A DNA stretch of 63,700 nucleotides, filler included, from Octopus bimaculoides (lineage: Eukaryota), in NCBI RefSeq assembly GCF_001194135.2. It is 7 parts of 6 records of this genome, joined end to end, with 100 filler letters (N's around TTAATTAATTAA, not from the genome) between each part and the next. Parts side by side here need not be neighbours in the genome. Positions count along the whole stretch, not along the records: positions 49,809 to 55,776 come from NC_068988.1; positions 55,877 to 62,030 come from NC_069001.1; 5 more parts are not named here. One strand, 5' to 3'. The position numbers and the translations under genes are program-made. Numbering within the stretch: the first letter of the stretch is position 1; each line of letters begins with the position of its first letter. Under the pieces are notes generated by a model. That model worked only from the letters and a program-made list of their open reading frames with translations. It had not been told where the DNA came from and did not search any database. Shown piece by piece: positions 49,809 to 62,030 of the stretch.

Positions 49809-50222
49809 GTCGACTTATGACCACAATTGGTGCCAACTGACTGATCGTAAGTCGATTTGGTCGTAAATCGGCCTATACGCCTACGTAGCTTTGTTTTATA
49901 TTTTTACATTCTTAAGGTATATTCTCAGGTAAAAGTCACACACACCATTCTGTATTATGCTATTATATTAGCATTATTAAAAAAATTTCCAATTCTCAAG
50001 CAGTCGTCTTATAAACAAATACGAGGTTGCCTCGATGTCTCCGTGACAGGATAGTCATCCAACACAGTGGCGATGTATAACCAAACCTAGGAGAGGCGTT
50101 TGTTAGCTGACATCATTCGTAGACGGGTTAATTTCTGAGAAATTAAAGCCATTAGATTTCAACTGGACTATTGGCGCGTCAATCATCGTAAAGTCGATCG
50201 ATCGTTAGTCGACGACGACCTG
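49809..50222. mobile_element. Tigger/pogo-like MITE
   Basis: Left end gtcgacttatgacc (cut by the gap) and right end gatcgttagtcgacgacgacctg-TA form imperfect TIRs; no ORF. Confidence 0.65.
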
Positions 50223-50817
50223 TATAGTAAAAACAAATACTCGAACATTAAAAGTAACAATAACAAAACAACAAGATGACGTGCACAGGGAATTTATTAG
50301 TCTGACGCTCGATAAAGAGAGAGAGCTTTTAGACGTTTCGAGCATAGCACTTCGTTAGAAAGGAAAACGGACAATATCACCAACAGCACGTGTGTAGTTA
50401 CATCGTTATATTTGGAGATGGTCATCTTTTGTAATATTATAAGTCTGAATATGTTTGAGGTACGTTCGAACTGGAAAACAAGCTACTCACTGCGTTTTGT
50501 CACGGAAAACATATCCCGTTTGTTGACAAATGGTGTGTATACAGCTTGATCAGCTCGCAACGTCACCTACCCAAACTGTGAGATGCTAGCATTTCGGAGC
50601 AGTTATCTCTTGTTCGGTCACAGACACCTAGCAGGCAGCGCAACGAGATGATTGAAGACATTGACACTCTAATGCATTTTCAGTCACCGCCAACTGGACT
50701 ATTGGCGCGTCAATCATCGTAAAGTCGATCGATCGTTAGTCGACGACGACCTGTATAGTAAAAACAAATACTCGAACATTAAAAGTAACAATAACAAAAC
50801 AACAAGATGACGTGCAC
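50160..50817 (+). repeat. Perfect 127-bp direct repeat (50160-50286 and 50691-50817)
   Basis: Identical by eye from caactggactattggcgcg to gatgacgtgcac; spacing 531 bp. Confidence 0.95.
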
Positions 50818-50959
50818 TATTTATTCGATCTTCACTTTAGTTTTATTACTATGATTTTTAGTTTATTCGTCTGTCAAAGTTCTTTCATCACACATTCCGT
50901 GATCGCTTCAGCGACTCTTCGCCCCATGAATCTTGCTAAACAAATACATAAACGTGCAT

Positions 50960-51031
<72 letters not shown>

Positions 51032-51594
51032 GCGTGTGTGTGTGTTTGTGCATGCGTACTGTTGTATGTGGCTGCGCGTATACGCCTATATACTGAGTCG
51101 ATGTATAGTGAAACCTACTATATACTTGTAAGTGTGCCACTATAGCCAATAGATAGTGAGGTGACATCTAGCCATTCAGTCAACTAGACCCCTAGTGTAT
51201 CGAGTTGAAGATCTAGTAATCTTCAATATTCAATTTGTTTTGAAACCGTATAAGTTTAGTTTGAATCTTATCATGACTGTTGGTCATTTTAAGAATATTC
51301 ACACATTATATCTGAGACTGACTTTGAAAGTTGTTTTAACATTAGGTGTAATTACACTTTTAGATTAGATACTGTTTAATGTTGAACTATTTCTTTACTG
51401 TCTTCCTTCTCTCCCAACAGGCAAGAAGATTCACACTGGATGTAGTCACTAGTTGTGGAGTATGATGGCCAAACAACGAAACTTGATTATCTCTGTAAAT
51501 CATTCACGAATAAGATTATATTAGATGTGTGTGCATGTGTGTGCGCGCTTGTGCATGTGTGTGCGTGCATGCGTGAACGCCAGTGTGTATGTAA

Positions 51595-51689
<95 letters not shown>

Positions 51690-51699
51690 CATTTATATA

Positions 51700-51860
51700 T
51701 GCGCATAGCTTAGTGGTTATGGTGTTGCACTCACGATTGCGAAATTGTAGGTTCGATTCCCCGGATTGGGCGTTGCGTTGTTCTTCAGCAAAGCACTTCA
51801 TCTCACGTTGCTCTGCGATCATTTCGTCATATGACATGTGACACACGGTGCACCTATACA
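51700..51860 (+). mobile_element. tRNA-like SINE head related to family C
   Basis: gcatagcttagtggttatggtg...gtaggttcgattcccc (A and B boxes); a related diverged copy lies on the minus strand at 6125-6275. Confidence 0.7.
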
Positions 51861-52181
51861 GTTCATGTCAGCTTGCTCGCCTATATCAACTTGCTTACCA
51901 TGTCAGTCTGATGATGGTGAGCAAGCCGGAACTTCAAAGACACTCAACCTTTTCTTTATTGACCGGGTGCGTTTTTTTTTTCACTTCCAATAGCAAAGAG
52001 CAGTTGCCATGGTTTTTGTCAGAACTGCTCGCTCTCATGAGAGCAGGATTATGTAATCAGGCTGTTATCTAACATCCCGTTTAACATCCAGTGCGAAACC
52101 GATTTGTAATATTGGTCGCAATGGATATACAATGCACAACACTTCAGTTAATATATAGACATATATGCACACACACATGCA

Positions 52182-52253
<72 letters not shown>

Positions 52254-52624
52254 GCATTATATTACACGTACAATGACGATTTTCACTCAGTATTTGTCAC
52301 AGCTGTCTGACGAACGCGAACGTAAAACTCTGAGTAACAGTTCTGTGATAATTTAGCAGCTTTAATAAAAAGGATATTACCCTAGCTTCGGTATTGGAGT
52401 ATTATTTTTTCTACCTTTTGCACTTATGTGTTTACCTGTGTATGTATATATACATACATACAAGTATACATACAATTGTACATACATAATTATAGACGTA
52501 TACTTATCTCTCTCTCTCTTTAATATAATGTAATATATGTGTATGTGTGTATGCGTGTATACATACATATATATACATATGTGTGCCTGCGTGTGTATGT
52601 ATATTTACATACATGCATGCATGC

Positions 52625-52691
<67 letters not shown>

Positions 52692-53659
52692 CGTGCGTGA
52701 CATATCAATTTGCACTTTTGTTTCTTCGTTGGATAAAAACAATCTCAGACACACCATGCTTGAATGAATGCCTGGATGGTTGCGACTGACGTGCTTATGA
52801 TCCGATATCTTCATCAATCAGAGCTAACCTGTCTTTAACGACCACCAACAAGCACAACAATGTTGGCAGATTAGAAATTCCAGAAGACTATGATTCTAGC
52901 GAGTTTTTTTTTTTATGAAAAGAATGGGCAAGGTGGGTGCATCCATAGAAAAGGGGATGACTGTACTGAACTTGTTACATCAGACCAGATGTAGTATTGT
53001 AGCAGCAATAAAAAAGACAGACAAATAACCTTGATTCTGTAAACCCATAGTTGTAGTGTTTCTCAGTAGGTATTAGCTGATCGGTCGAATGATCTTCCTT
53101 AAACATCCGTGATATTTTGGCAGTATTCTAGCTCCAGTGTGAGTAGCATTTTTTTTTTTTTCTGGATCGCTCACCTACTGATTCGAGCGAAAGAATTTTT
53201 AGACTCTGAAAAGGAATCCTTGTTTTTTTGTGATGTCGATTTTGTTTTCTTTCGGCATCGTCCATGTACTGAGACCTACGCTTGGTGGCTATTAACACCT
53301 GTGTACTTGATTCTATGTCTGTGTGTACAGTTGTGCTACTGGGTCCGATACTGTGATGTAAATTTGTTGGTATCAGCTTCAGATAATTAAATATTTGTAG
53401 TCGTGTACTAGCATAAAACTTGTTTTATTCTAAACCCGGACATCGTTGAGTATGTTATATATTATACATGTTATGTATGGGCGCAGCCACGAGTTTCCAG
53501 ATTCAAGTGCACAGCATTGTATCTTGGGCAAATGTTATTTTCTCTTTGCCTCAAGTCAATCCATATCTTGTGAGTGAAACCAAGTGGATTATACAATATA
53601 ATTTAAATGGTACAGCTTTGTCACACACTGACGCTGATACGGCTTAAGAATTACGTTAA

Positions 53660-54052
53660 GGCGCAGGCGTGGCTGTGTGGTAAGAAGCTTGCTTCCCAAC
53701 CACATGGTTCCGGCTTCAGTCCCACTGCGTGACACACTGGGCAACTGTCTTCTGGTATAGCCTCGGGCCGATCAAAACCTTATGAGTGGATTTGGTAGAC
53801 GGAAACTGAAAAGAAGACCGTCGTGTATATATATATATCTGTGTGTCTTTGTGACTGTGTTTGTCCCATACCACTGCTTGACAGCTGGTGTTGTTGTGTT
53901 TATTTCCTCCATTACATAGCGGTTTGGCAAAAGAAACCGATAGAATAAGTACTAGGCTTGAAAAAATAAGTCCAGGGGTCGATTTATTCGACTAAAACTC
54001 TTTAAGGCGGTGCCCCAGCATGGCTGCAGTCAAATTACTGAAACAAGAAAAA
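53660..54052 (+). mobile_element. SINE family B, near full length
   Basis: tRNA-like head ggcgcaggcgtggctgtgtggtaagaagc...ggcttcagtcccactgcg; 3' gactgaaacaag-A-rich tail. Confidence 0.9.
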
Positions 54053-55090
54053 TATAAAATGCATACACGTGTCTGTGGAATTCTCAGCCACTTATACGTT
54101 AATTCAAGAGCAGGTAATTCAGATGATCGAAGAATTGAATTCTCATCCTTAAATTATTCACCACCCCTATGCAATGCAGTTTGCTAGGAGAGATCTTAGA
54201 GATTGTGAGTGGAGAAGCAACTTCGAGGGTTATTTATAATGACTTTGCGGGAAACAGTAAACTTCTGATCTAAGTGATAAGAGATGGATGTCGTCCATGG
54301 TGGTTCTATTAGACACAGGAGAAGGATCTACTGATGTCCAGTGTAACAAAATTACTTTGACTAAAGCTGTCAGTGATGAGGCACCACGGGTATGTAACAG
54401 AGGAGAACAAGATTCAAGCATGTCTGACTCTATGGAGACCGCACTGGCAATAATGGAAAGAGACCCCAAATAATAAAGGAGAGGACTGTTTGCAATTGTA
54501 CTTTGCAACTGTACCACTAGCTTTGAAAAGTTAGATTTGTGATCGATAAAGCGTCAATTGATATCGATTATCCTGCATACAATATTGGTGGATATTGTAA
54601 ACAATAGTGTAAGCATTTAGCAAATATCTATTCATAAAAACATATAATATCCTTTCCGACGGCCAATTCTAAATTGGTAAAGTCCTCCAGGAAAATTTTC
54701 TTGCATAACAACAGCGATTTATGCATTGACAAACATCAATAAAGAAAAGTAGAAAACCTGAGATTGATCGTTAAAAGGTTTTGTTTTTTGCCATTTTTAC
54801 AATCCTTTATTCTAAAAGGTTTTTCTTTTCTTCTTTTTTTATATTTTAGTTCAAGACTGAGATGAAATATCCTTTAACTAAAACATAAAGAGACGCCAGT
54901 AACATCTATAATATTGGGAAAAGGTATAAAGACACCAATAAATCACACAGATTCTACAAGAAATGCTGGCATTTTAAAAGATTGTCACAAACTCTTCAAC
55001 TCATAATGCAATTCATGAGAAGGATAATCCATAAAGCATCCAACACACACCCCAAACCCAAATATCCCCCAACACACACACTCATATACG

Positions 55091-55093
<3 letters not shown>

Positions 55094-55159
<66 letters not shown>
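55094..55159. repeat. (AGAT)n microsatellite
   Basis: Direct reading. Confidence 0.98.
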
Positions 55160-55161
<2 letters not shown>

Positions 55162-55687
55162 ACATGCCACTGGTCTCTGAGTAATTTCTCTCAGCTCATT
55201 GATGTTTATATATATATATATAATGACCATGGCATTGTACCTAGAAAGTTCCCCTCTGGACAGGTTGTTTATGGAAGACCGGCAGTCGCCCATGTATATC
55301 TTAGTCAATGCACGGTGATCGCTTATAAGCTTTCTTATATATTATTATTGTTGTTGATGTTGTTAACAGATTGTAAAATTCGGCATCGCTTACCAAATAA
55401 TCGAAGAAAACGCACGTGGAAAGATTGCTTACAAAAGGAAAAAAGGAAAACATTATGAATTATAGTTCTTAAATCTGACGGGAAAAAAATTAGGTTGTAC
55501 GTTAGTGTAAATGGTAACACACTTGTCGCAAATACAGAAAAGTGTGGTTTCGAGTCTCTTGTGTACGGAAAGCCCTGCTTTTTTTTCTGTCAAATGGGGT
55601 CTATTTGCCCCAATATTAGACTATTTACCTTAGTCAATGCACAGTGGTCGCTTATAGGCTTTAAGCTTATAAAATATTATTATTTTT

Positions 55688-55776
<89 letters not shown>

Positions 55777-55914
55777 NNNNNNNNNNNNNNNNNNNNNNNN
55801 NNNNNNNNNNNNNNNNNNNNTTAATTAATTAANNNNNNNNNNNNNNNNNNNNNNNNNNNNNNNNNNNNNNNNNNNNGTATATATATGTATATGTATATAT
55901 ATGCATGCATATTA

Positions 55915-56410
55915 TTAGGGATACTGATAAGTAATGTCACGTTTCATATAATGAGTTCAAGTCAGCATAAAAATAAAAAAAACCTGAATATATTCAATCA
56001 CAATATCCATCACCATAGTAATGAGTAACATTTTCCCCCATCGAAACTAATTTTCTGATTCCTTGGGCAAAAGTAAAAGGAAAGAACGAGTTCTTTGGAA
56101 AATAAAAATAGATGGAGTATCATTCGACATCGTCTCTGCCTCTGAATATTTCTTCCACTATTAAAATGTTCAAATGACCTAGGGATGTGAATGTCTGATG
56201 GTGCTAGGTCCGGTGAGTAGGGACAATGGTGTGCAGCTTCCCAGCCCAACGAATTTACCGTTCCTTGGATTATTTTCTATACTCTGTCTCCGTCTTCTTG
56301 AAATGACCTTGTACAGTGGATCAAGTTTCATTAAAACTCTGGGATTGGACCATGACACTTTGACGTGGATCCTTTTGTGACATGGCATCAGAAAATGCTT
56401 GAAAATGCAT
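55915..56410 (-). mobile_element. Mariner transposase C-terminal remnant
   Basis: GWEAAHHCPYSPDLAPSD (the YSPDLAPSD motif); TA-ttaggg terminus. Confidence 0.85.
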
Positions 56411-56527
56411 TACATTACGCAAAACAGAAATAACATAGAAATACATAATAATGTGTACAATGTAGAAGTATGTTATAACTACATTATTTACATTTGACAG
56501 ATATTTCTCCTCATCTTGTTTGTTGTT

Positions 56528-56573
56528 AACACAACATTTCGGCTGATATACCCTCCAGCCTTCATCAGGTGTC
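56528..56573 (-). ncRNA. Minimal type-I hammerhead ribozyme motif (left arm)
   Basis: Minus strand GACAC-CUGAUGA-A-GGCUG...CAGCC-GAAA-U-GUU-GUGUU. Confidence 0.7.
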
Positions 56574-56636
56574 TTGAGGAAATTTCGAACCTGGGTTATC
56601 ATTCCTAAGGTACTTTTTTTCGATGTTGTTATTATT

Positions 56637-56669
<33 letters not shown>

Positions 56670-56964
56670 GTTCAGGCCACTGCTTGGAATCGAACTCGGA
56701 ATCTTGGGGTTAGTAGCCCGTGCTTTTAGCCACTACAACTCGGAATCTTGGGGTTAGTAGCCCGCGCTCTTAACCACTATGCTATTTTACCCACTGGCAT
56801 ATGACGTAGTGGTTAAGAGCACGGGCTACTAGCCCCGAGATTCCGAGTTCGATTCCAAGCAGTGACCTGACCAATAACAATAATAATAATAATGATAATA
56901 ATAATAATAACATCGAAAAAAAAAGTACCTTAGGAATGAGAACCTATGTTCAAAATTTCCCCAA

Positions 56965-57010
56965 GACACCTGAAGAAGGCTGGAGGGTATATCAGCCGAA
57001 ATGTTGTGTT
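56965..57010 (+). ncRNA. Minimal type-I hammerhead ribozyme motif (right arm)
   Basis: GACAC-CUGAAGA-A-GGCUG(gaggguauau)CAGCC-GAAA-U-GUU-GUGUU; stem I GACAC/GUGUU; C15.2 replaced by U. Confidence 0.7.
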
Positions 57011-57980
57011 AACAACAAACAAGATGAGGACAAATATCCGTCAAATGTAAATAATGTAAATAATGTACATAATTCCGCATCTCTTCAATATAGAACTATG
57101 TTATAACTAATTTAGTGAAGGTTTATACAATGACTGGACCTGCACGAGGGGACTATTTTGAAGGAGAAGATGTTAAAACTTAGGTATATGAGTTATTTTT
57201 CGTTAAACATAACTAGACAGGGAAATTTTTGAAACTACTTTGTATAATGTAACATATATAGTTTGTTGTAACTGGTGAAACGTAGGGGGCTACGTTGGCT
57301 GGAATAATGGAAGCACAGATGTCAACAACGACAGCAATAACACCAACAACAACAGCATTTCTATTGCTTTTCACACTCAGACGGAAGATTAGACGTAAAA
57401 CATTGTTTCTATACTTTCGTTAATTGAACTCAGAGAAATTTCTTATGAATGCTCCTATGAAAGATCTATCTGGATGAGGAAGTAAGAAAAAAAAAAAAAA
57501 CTATTTTTACACGCAATGCAGATTTGTCGATTTCAACACTGAAAGGATTGAGTAATTAAAAGGGATCTACGGGTTGTCATTTCGTTATTCAGTGCTTCCA
57601 GCTTGCCAATCTAAATTCCAATTCCCATTGCATATTCTGTGATTCGCTAATTCCTCTTACATGAAATTGTACATGAAATCTTTGGTCTTTATTCCTGCTG
57701 CAACTTGTTTGTTCAGACAATTGGACTGTACAATGTCATGACATGTGAGAAGGAAGGAGGATTGAGTGGGGATGAGGTGAGGGGGAACGTCTTCAGTTTC
57801 AGAATTGTGTTGCGGCGCTAAACTTACCCAAATTTCTGTCCTTTCAAAATCAAAGTCAACTTGATTAACTACATAAATTTGTATCGTACACAAAAGCAAC
57901 TGGGAATTCTCATATGCTTACAAAAGAATATGTATCAACGTGAAATTTAACAGCAACAACTACAACAACAACAATGATAA

Positions 57981-58290
57981 TAATCCTTTCTACTATAGGC
58001 ACAAGGCCTGACATTCTGGGGGAAGGGACTAGTCGATTATATCGATCCCCAGTATTTTAACTGGTACTTAATTTATCGATCCCGAAAGGATGAATGGCAA
58101 AGTCGGCGCCAGCGGCATTTGAACTCAGAACGTAAGGACGGATGAAATGCCACGCAGCATTTTATCTGACGTGCCAAAGATCCTGTCAACTTACTACTAC
58201 TACTACTACTAATAATAATAATGATTTCAAACATGCTGGGGGACGAGACGAGTCGATTATATCGATCCCCAGTGTTCAACTGGTACTTAT
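57981..58290 (-). mobile_element. SINE family A copy (57981-58192) plus a tail fragment (58215-58290)
   Basis: Reverse complement of the family A core; duplicated agtcgattatatcgatccccagt tail. Confidence 0.8.
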
Positions 58291-58356
58291 TGATAGTAAT
58301 GATAACAACACCATCAACAATAATAATAATAATCATCATCATCATTATTATCATTA

Positions 58357-58910
58357 TTGAGTGAGAGAGCAGCACATGCCATCAAAGTGACACGGGTAAA
58401 ATATACGAAACCCAGTATACCCACCATGACTACCCGCCTGATAAGGATACGTCAGGCATATGCATCACAACCATATGTGTGCGACATCTTGATCTTATAT
58501 CAAGATAAACAGCGCATGACCTCGCATGTGGAGCTCAGTTAGAATTTTCTTCAGGTTGTATAGCCCATCCCATGCATATATACCTTGAATAAGGGTTGCT
58601 TAAGGACGTGGAGCGAAACACCAGCAGAGGTGAATTATTCAAACCCCAAAGAATTCCTCTCAACACATGGCTATGATGCTCCCCTACTACTTCTGTTCGT
58701 GATCAGAGATGCACATATTGTCATCCACTAAGGGACATGCTCAACTGGTTAAGGTCAAGCAACTGACAAGCAAATCTGTTGTATGGAACAGAATTTTCGC
58801 TGTAGGCCATCTTTTATACCAGGACAAAACAATATACCTGATAACACTTCCAATAAGTTAAGATCAGAAGCCACGAGAGCCACTGCCTGGTATTGCATCC
58901 GGGCATTTAT
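58357..58910 (-). mobile_element. About 550-bp non-coding element with (AAT)n tail, inside an (ATT/ATC)n array
   Basis: The 3' end gatggcatg..ctgctctctcactc-(AAT)n is shared with 44202-44295 on the + strand; microsatellite on both flanks. Confidence 0.75.
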
Positions 58911-58945
58911 TATTATAATCACCACCATCATTATCATTATTGTCA

Positions 58946-58995
<50 letters not shown>

Positions 58996-58999
<4 letters not shown>

Positions 59000-59185
59000 T
59001 GGGGAGTTGGCAGAATCATTGACATATCGGATAAAACGCTTCTGATGTCAAATTCCGCCGAGGTCGACTTTGCCTTTCATCCGTTCGGGGTTGATAAAAT
59101 AAAGCACCCATCAAACAGTGGGGTTGATGTAATCGACTTTGCCCCCTCTCCCGAAGTTGCTGGCCTTGTGCAAAAATTTGAAATT
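58996..59185 (+). mobile_element. SINE family A
   Basis: gagttggcagaatc...aaattccgccgaggtcgactttgcctttcatcc. Confidence 0.85.
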
Positions 59186-59434
59186 ATTATTATTATCATT
59201 GCTGAAATAAGCTAAGATGGAATCAATGATTAGATGTTGTGTTTTAGTGTGTCCATTACTATTTAATTTTTTAGGAGTGAAAGTTTGGCAGACAGCAGAG
59301 AATAGATTTATATTCAGACTGGTGAAGAGTATCCGTACATATTCGTTCGGCTTGTTAGAAATAACAGCTCCATTTCTCTCAAATTAGACTCTATTATTAT
59401 TACGAAACGAAAATCACACAGGATTCTTTTATTC

Positions 59435-60148
59435 CCTTATTCTTTTATTTGTTTCAGTTATTTGACTGTGGCCATGCTGGAGCATCGCCTTTAGTCGAAC
59501 AAATCGACCCCAGGACATATTCTTTGTAAGCCTAACATTCTATCGGTCTCTTTTGCCTAACCGCTAAGTTATGTATACAACGGGCTTCTTTCAGTTTTAG
59601 TCTATCCACTCACTCCAGTAAATCCCCTCACAAGGCTTTGGTCAGCCCGAGGCTATAATAGAAGACACTTGCCCAAGATGTCACACAGTGGGACTGAACC
59701 CGAAACCAATGTGGTCGGGAAGCAAGCTTCTTACCGCATGTTGTTGTTGGAACTCCGTCGCTTATGATGTCGAGGGTTCCAGTTGATCCGATCAATGGAA
59801 CAGCCTACTTGTGAAATTAACGTGCAAGTGGCTGAGCACTCCACAGACATGTGTACCCTTANNNNNNNNNNTTCTCGGGGATATTCAGCGTGACACAGTG
59901 TGACAAGGCTGGCCCTTTGAATTACAGGCACAACAGAAACAGGAAGTAAGAGTGAGAGAAAGTTGTGGTGAAAGAGTACAACAGGGTTCGCCACCATGCC
60001 CTGCCGGAGCCTCGTGGAGCTTTAGGTGTTTTCGCTCAATAAACACTCGCAACGCCTGGTCTGGGAATTGAAACTGCAATCCTATGACCGCGAGTCCGCT
60101 GCCCTAACCACTAGGCCATTGTGCCTCCCCTTACCGCATAATCATGCC
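59435..60148 (-). mobile_element. SINE family B interrupted by a family C SINE
   Basis: Family B resumes after 60129; CTTACCGCAT duplicated at 59730-59739 and 60130-60139. Confidence 0.85.
59740..60129 (-). mobile_element. tRNA-derived SINE family C with 10-bp TSD
   Basis: Minus-strand head gaggcacaatggcctagtggttagggcagcggactcgcggtcatagga...caattcccagacc; homologous to 41632-41939. Confidence 0.9.
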
Positions 60149-61545
60149 TTATAAAAGTAGGTAGTCGTAAATACATTATAGCTGAATGAAAAATAATGTG
60201 ATGGGCACAGGAGGAACGTCTTTGATTAATTGGTGTGGTCAACCATTTGCTCGATCAATAAGTGTACTTGATCATGAATCAAGATCTTTGATCAATAGTT
60301 CGGTTCGATCAGAGCTGAACAAAAACATCATAAACTTGAGGCTCAGCTTAAACCACAAAATTGACGACGTAAGCAATATTACTTTCCATAACTTTGTTAT
60401 CACCAATCGCTTCTTATCTCCCCCACTCCCTCACTGCATTGTCCTTTCCTTCTTTTTTCTTCTTTCAATTTTTCTTTTTTTGCCTCTTATCTCGCTCAAC
60501 CTAGCTTTGATGTCATTCTAAAGCATATTTTCGAAACTTTTATCTTGTATTTTTTAAAAAATCTTATATCACATTTTATGTGTTAAAGGTCAACGATGGC
60601 CAAATGCTGACCTTCATGTTTCCACCACGATCAGCTCTCTCTTCTTCAGTCCCAACTTTATATTTCGCTGCTATTATAATTCCCATGTACTTCGTTCTTC
60701 TTTCTTTCGTAAGTTAATTTCATTCAGTAATATTCATACGTGTTTTATTTTCTGTTTATATCGATATATTCTTGAGGTTTTCATATTTTTCCCCGTTTTG
60801 GTACATTACATTCTAGCATTGGGTATTTAATGATCTTTCTTTCATCGTATCTCAACCTAGATATTCTCGGGCAACCACTTATGGTCCTTTCTACATGGTC
60901 ACATGACCACTTAGATAGCTCAAGAGAGCAGACAATCTTCCCTCAAGTCACATACTACTCTTGTATTAATATAGGAAAAAACCCCTAAAAAAAGTAGCCC
61001 TAGAAACTATTAAAAAACTATAAGAAAAAACATGTTACGACTAAAGTGACTTTGATCATAAGTCGACTCGATTACGGTTGACCTGAAACAAAGCAACAAA
61101 CAGCAACAGCAACAACGACAACATCAATAACAAATATTCTCAACCATTTTCATTCCATTCCATTTCACCCAAACGGCTTTTCGTCCAACTTTGACAAGCT
61201 TCTATCTTCTCTTTCCTCCTCTGATCGTAATTACGTAACTCCTACTTTCACTCTCTCAATCTTTCATGTTTTTTTACCTACATTATTGCTTCTTACTACA
61301 GACAGCCTTATGAAAAGAAAGGAAAAAAATAAAAAAAGAAGCCTCTCCTTTTTTTTTTTCATAAAGGAATATTTCATAGTGCTACAGGAATGCTGTAAGT
61401 GTTTTTTAAACAAGTGTATATGCCGGCGTTTGGGAGGAAAGTAGAGAAAGAACGACATCGTCATTTACCAGAAGGGCAGAGAAACAAGATGACTTTTAAT
61501 TTCTAAAATGAGTATAAAAACGCCAAGTAACAAGCACATAAAAAG

Positions 61546-61955
61546 AGAGAGAGAGAGAGAGAGAGAGAAAGGGAGAGGGGGAGGGAGAGTGTGGAAGACA
61601 GAGATAGAAATACATAGATAGACACGTATACATATAGGTATGTATATAGGTATGATTGCACACAAACACGTACACAGACACACACACACACACACACACA
61701 TATAGGTATATATCTATATCTACATCTATATCAATCTGTACCTCTCTCTCTCTCTCTCTATCAAGCTATCTAATTTATTTGTATATATATTGTGTATGTG
61801 TGTGTGTATATATATATATATGTATGTATCTATGTATAATATATACATGTGTGTGTGTATATATATATATGTATCTATGTATATATATATGTGTATATAC
61901 ATATGTATATGCATATACACATATATACATGTGTGTGTATCTATCTATCTATCTT

Positions 61956-62030
<75 letters not shown>
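61546..62030. repeat. Compound low-complexity (GA)/(CA)/(TA)/(CT) tract
   Basis: Direct reading. Confidence 0.95.

Larger units (their letters stand above)
56482..57096. mobile_element. Palindromic tRNA-head / hammerhead-tail retroelement, copy 2, with 13-bp TSD
   Basis: Arms 56482-56783 and 56796-57057 are inverted repeats; flanked by direct repeat TATGTTATAACTA at 56469-56481 and 57097-57109; A box TAGTGGTTAAGA at 56807, B box GAGTTCGATTCC at 56845. Confidence 0.9.

Noticed and set aside
52865-52945. Possible exon LEIPEDYDSSEFF ending at a GTGGGT donor
   Set aside because: The poly-T run puts a TGA in frame before the donor.
53170-53385. Minus-strand open frame ending at a GTGAGC donor
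   Set aside because: No credible acceptor and no recognisable homology.
56796-56867. tRNA gene candidate (also the SINE heads at 41860-41939, 51700 and 53660)
   Set aside because: A/B boxes are present, but acceptor and anticodon stems are imperfect and each head is fused to a repeat body; these are SINE heads rather than tRNA genes.
60186-60521. 111-aa ORF (also 54288-54473)
   Set aside because: No splice signals, motifs or paralogues; the 3' half is a pyrimidine-rich low-complexity tract.
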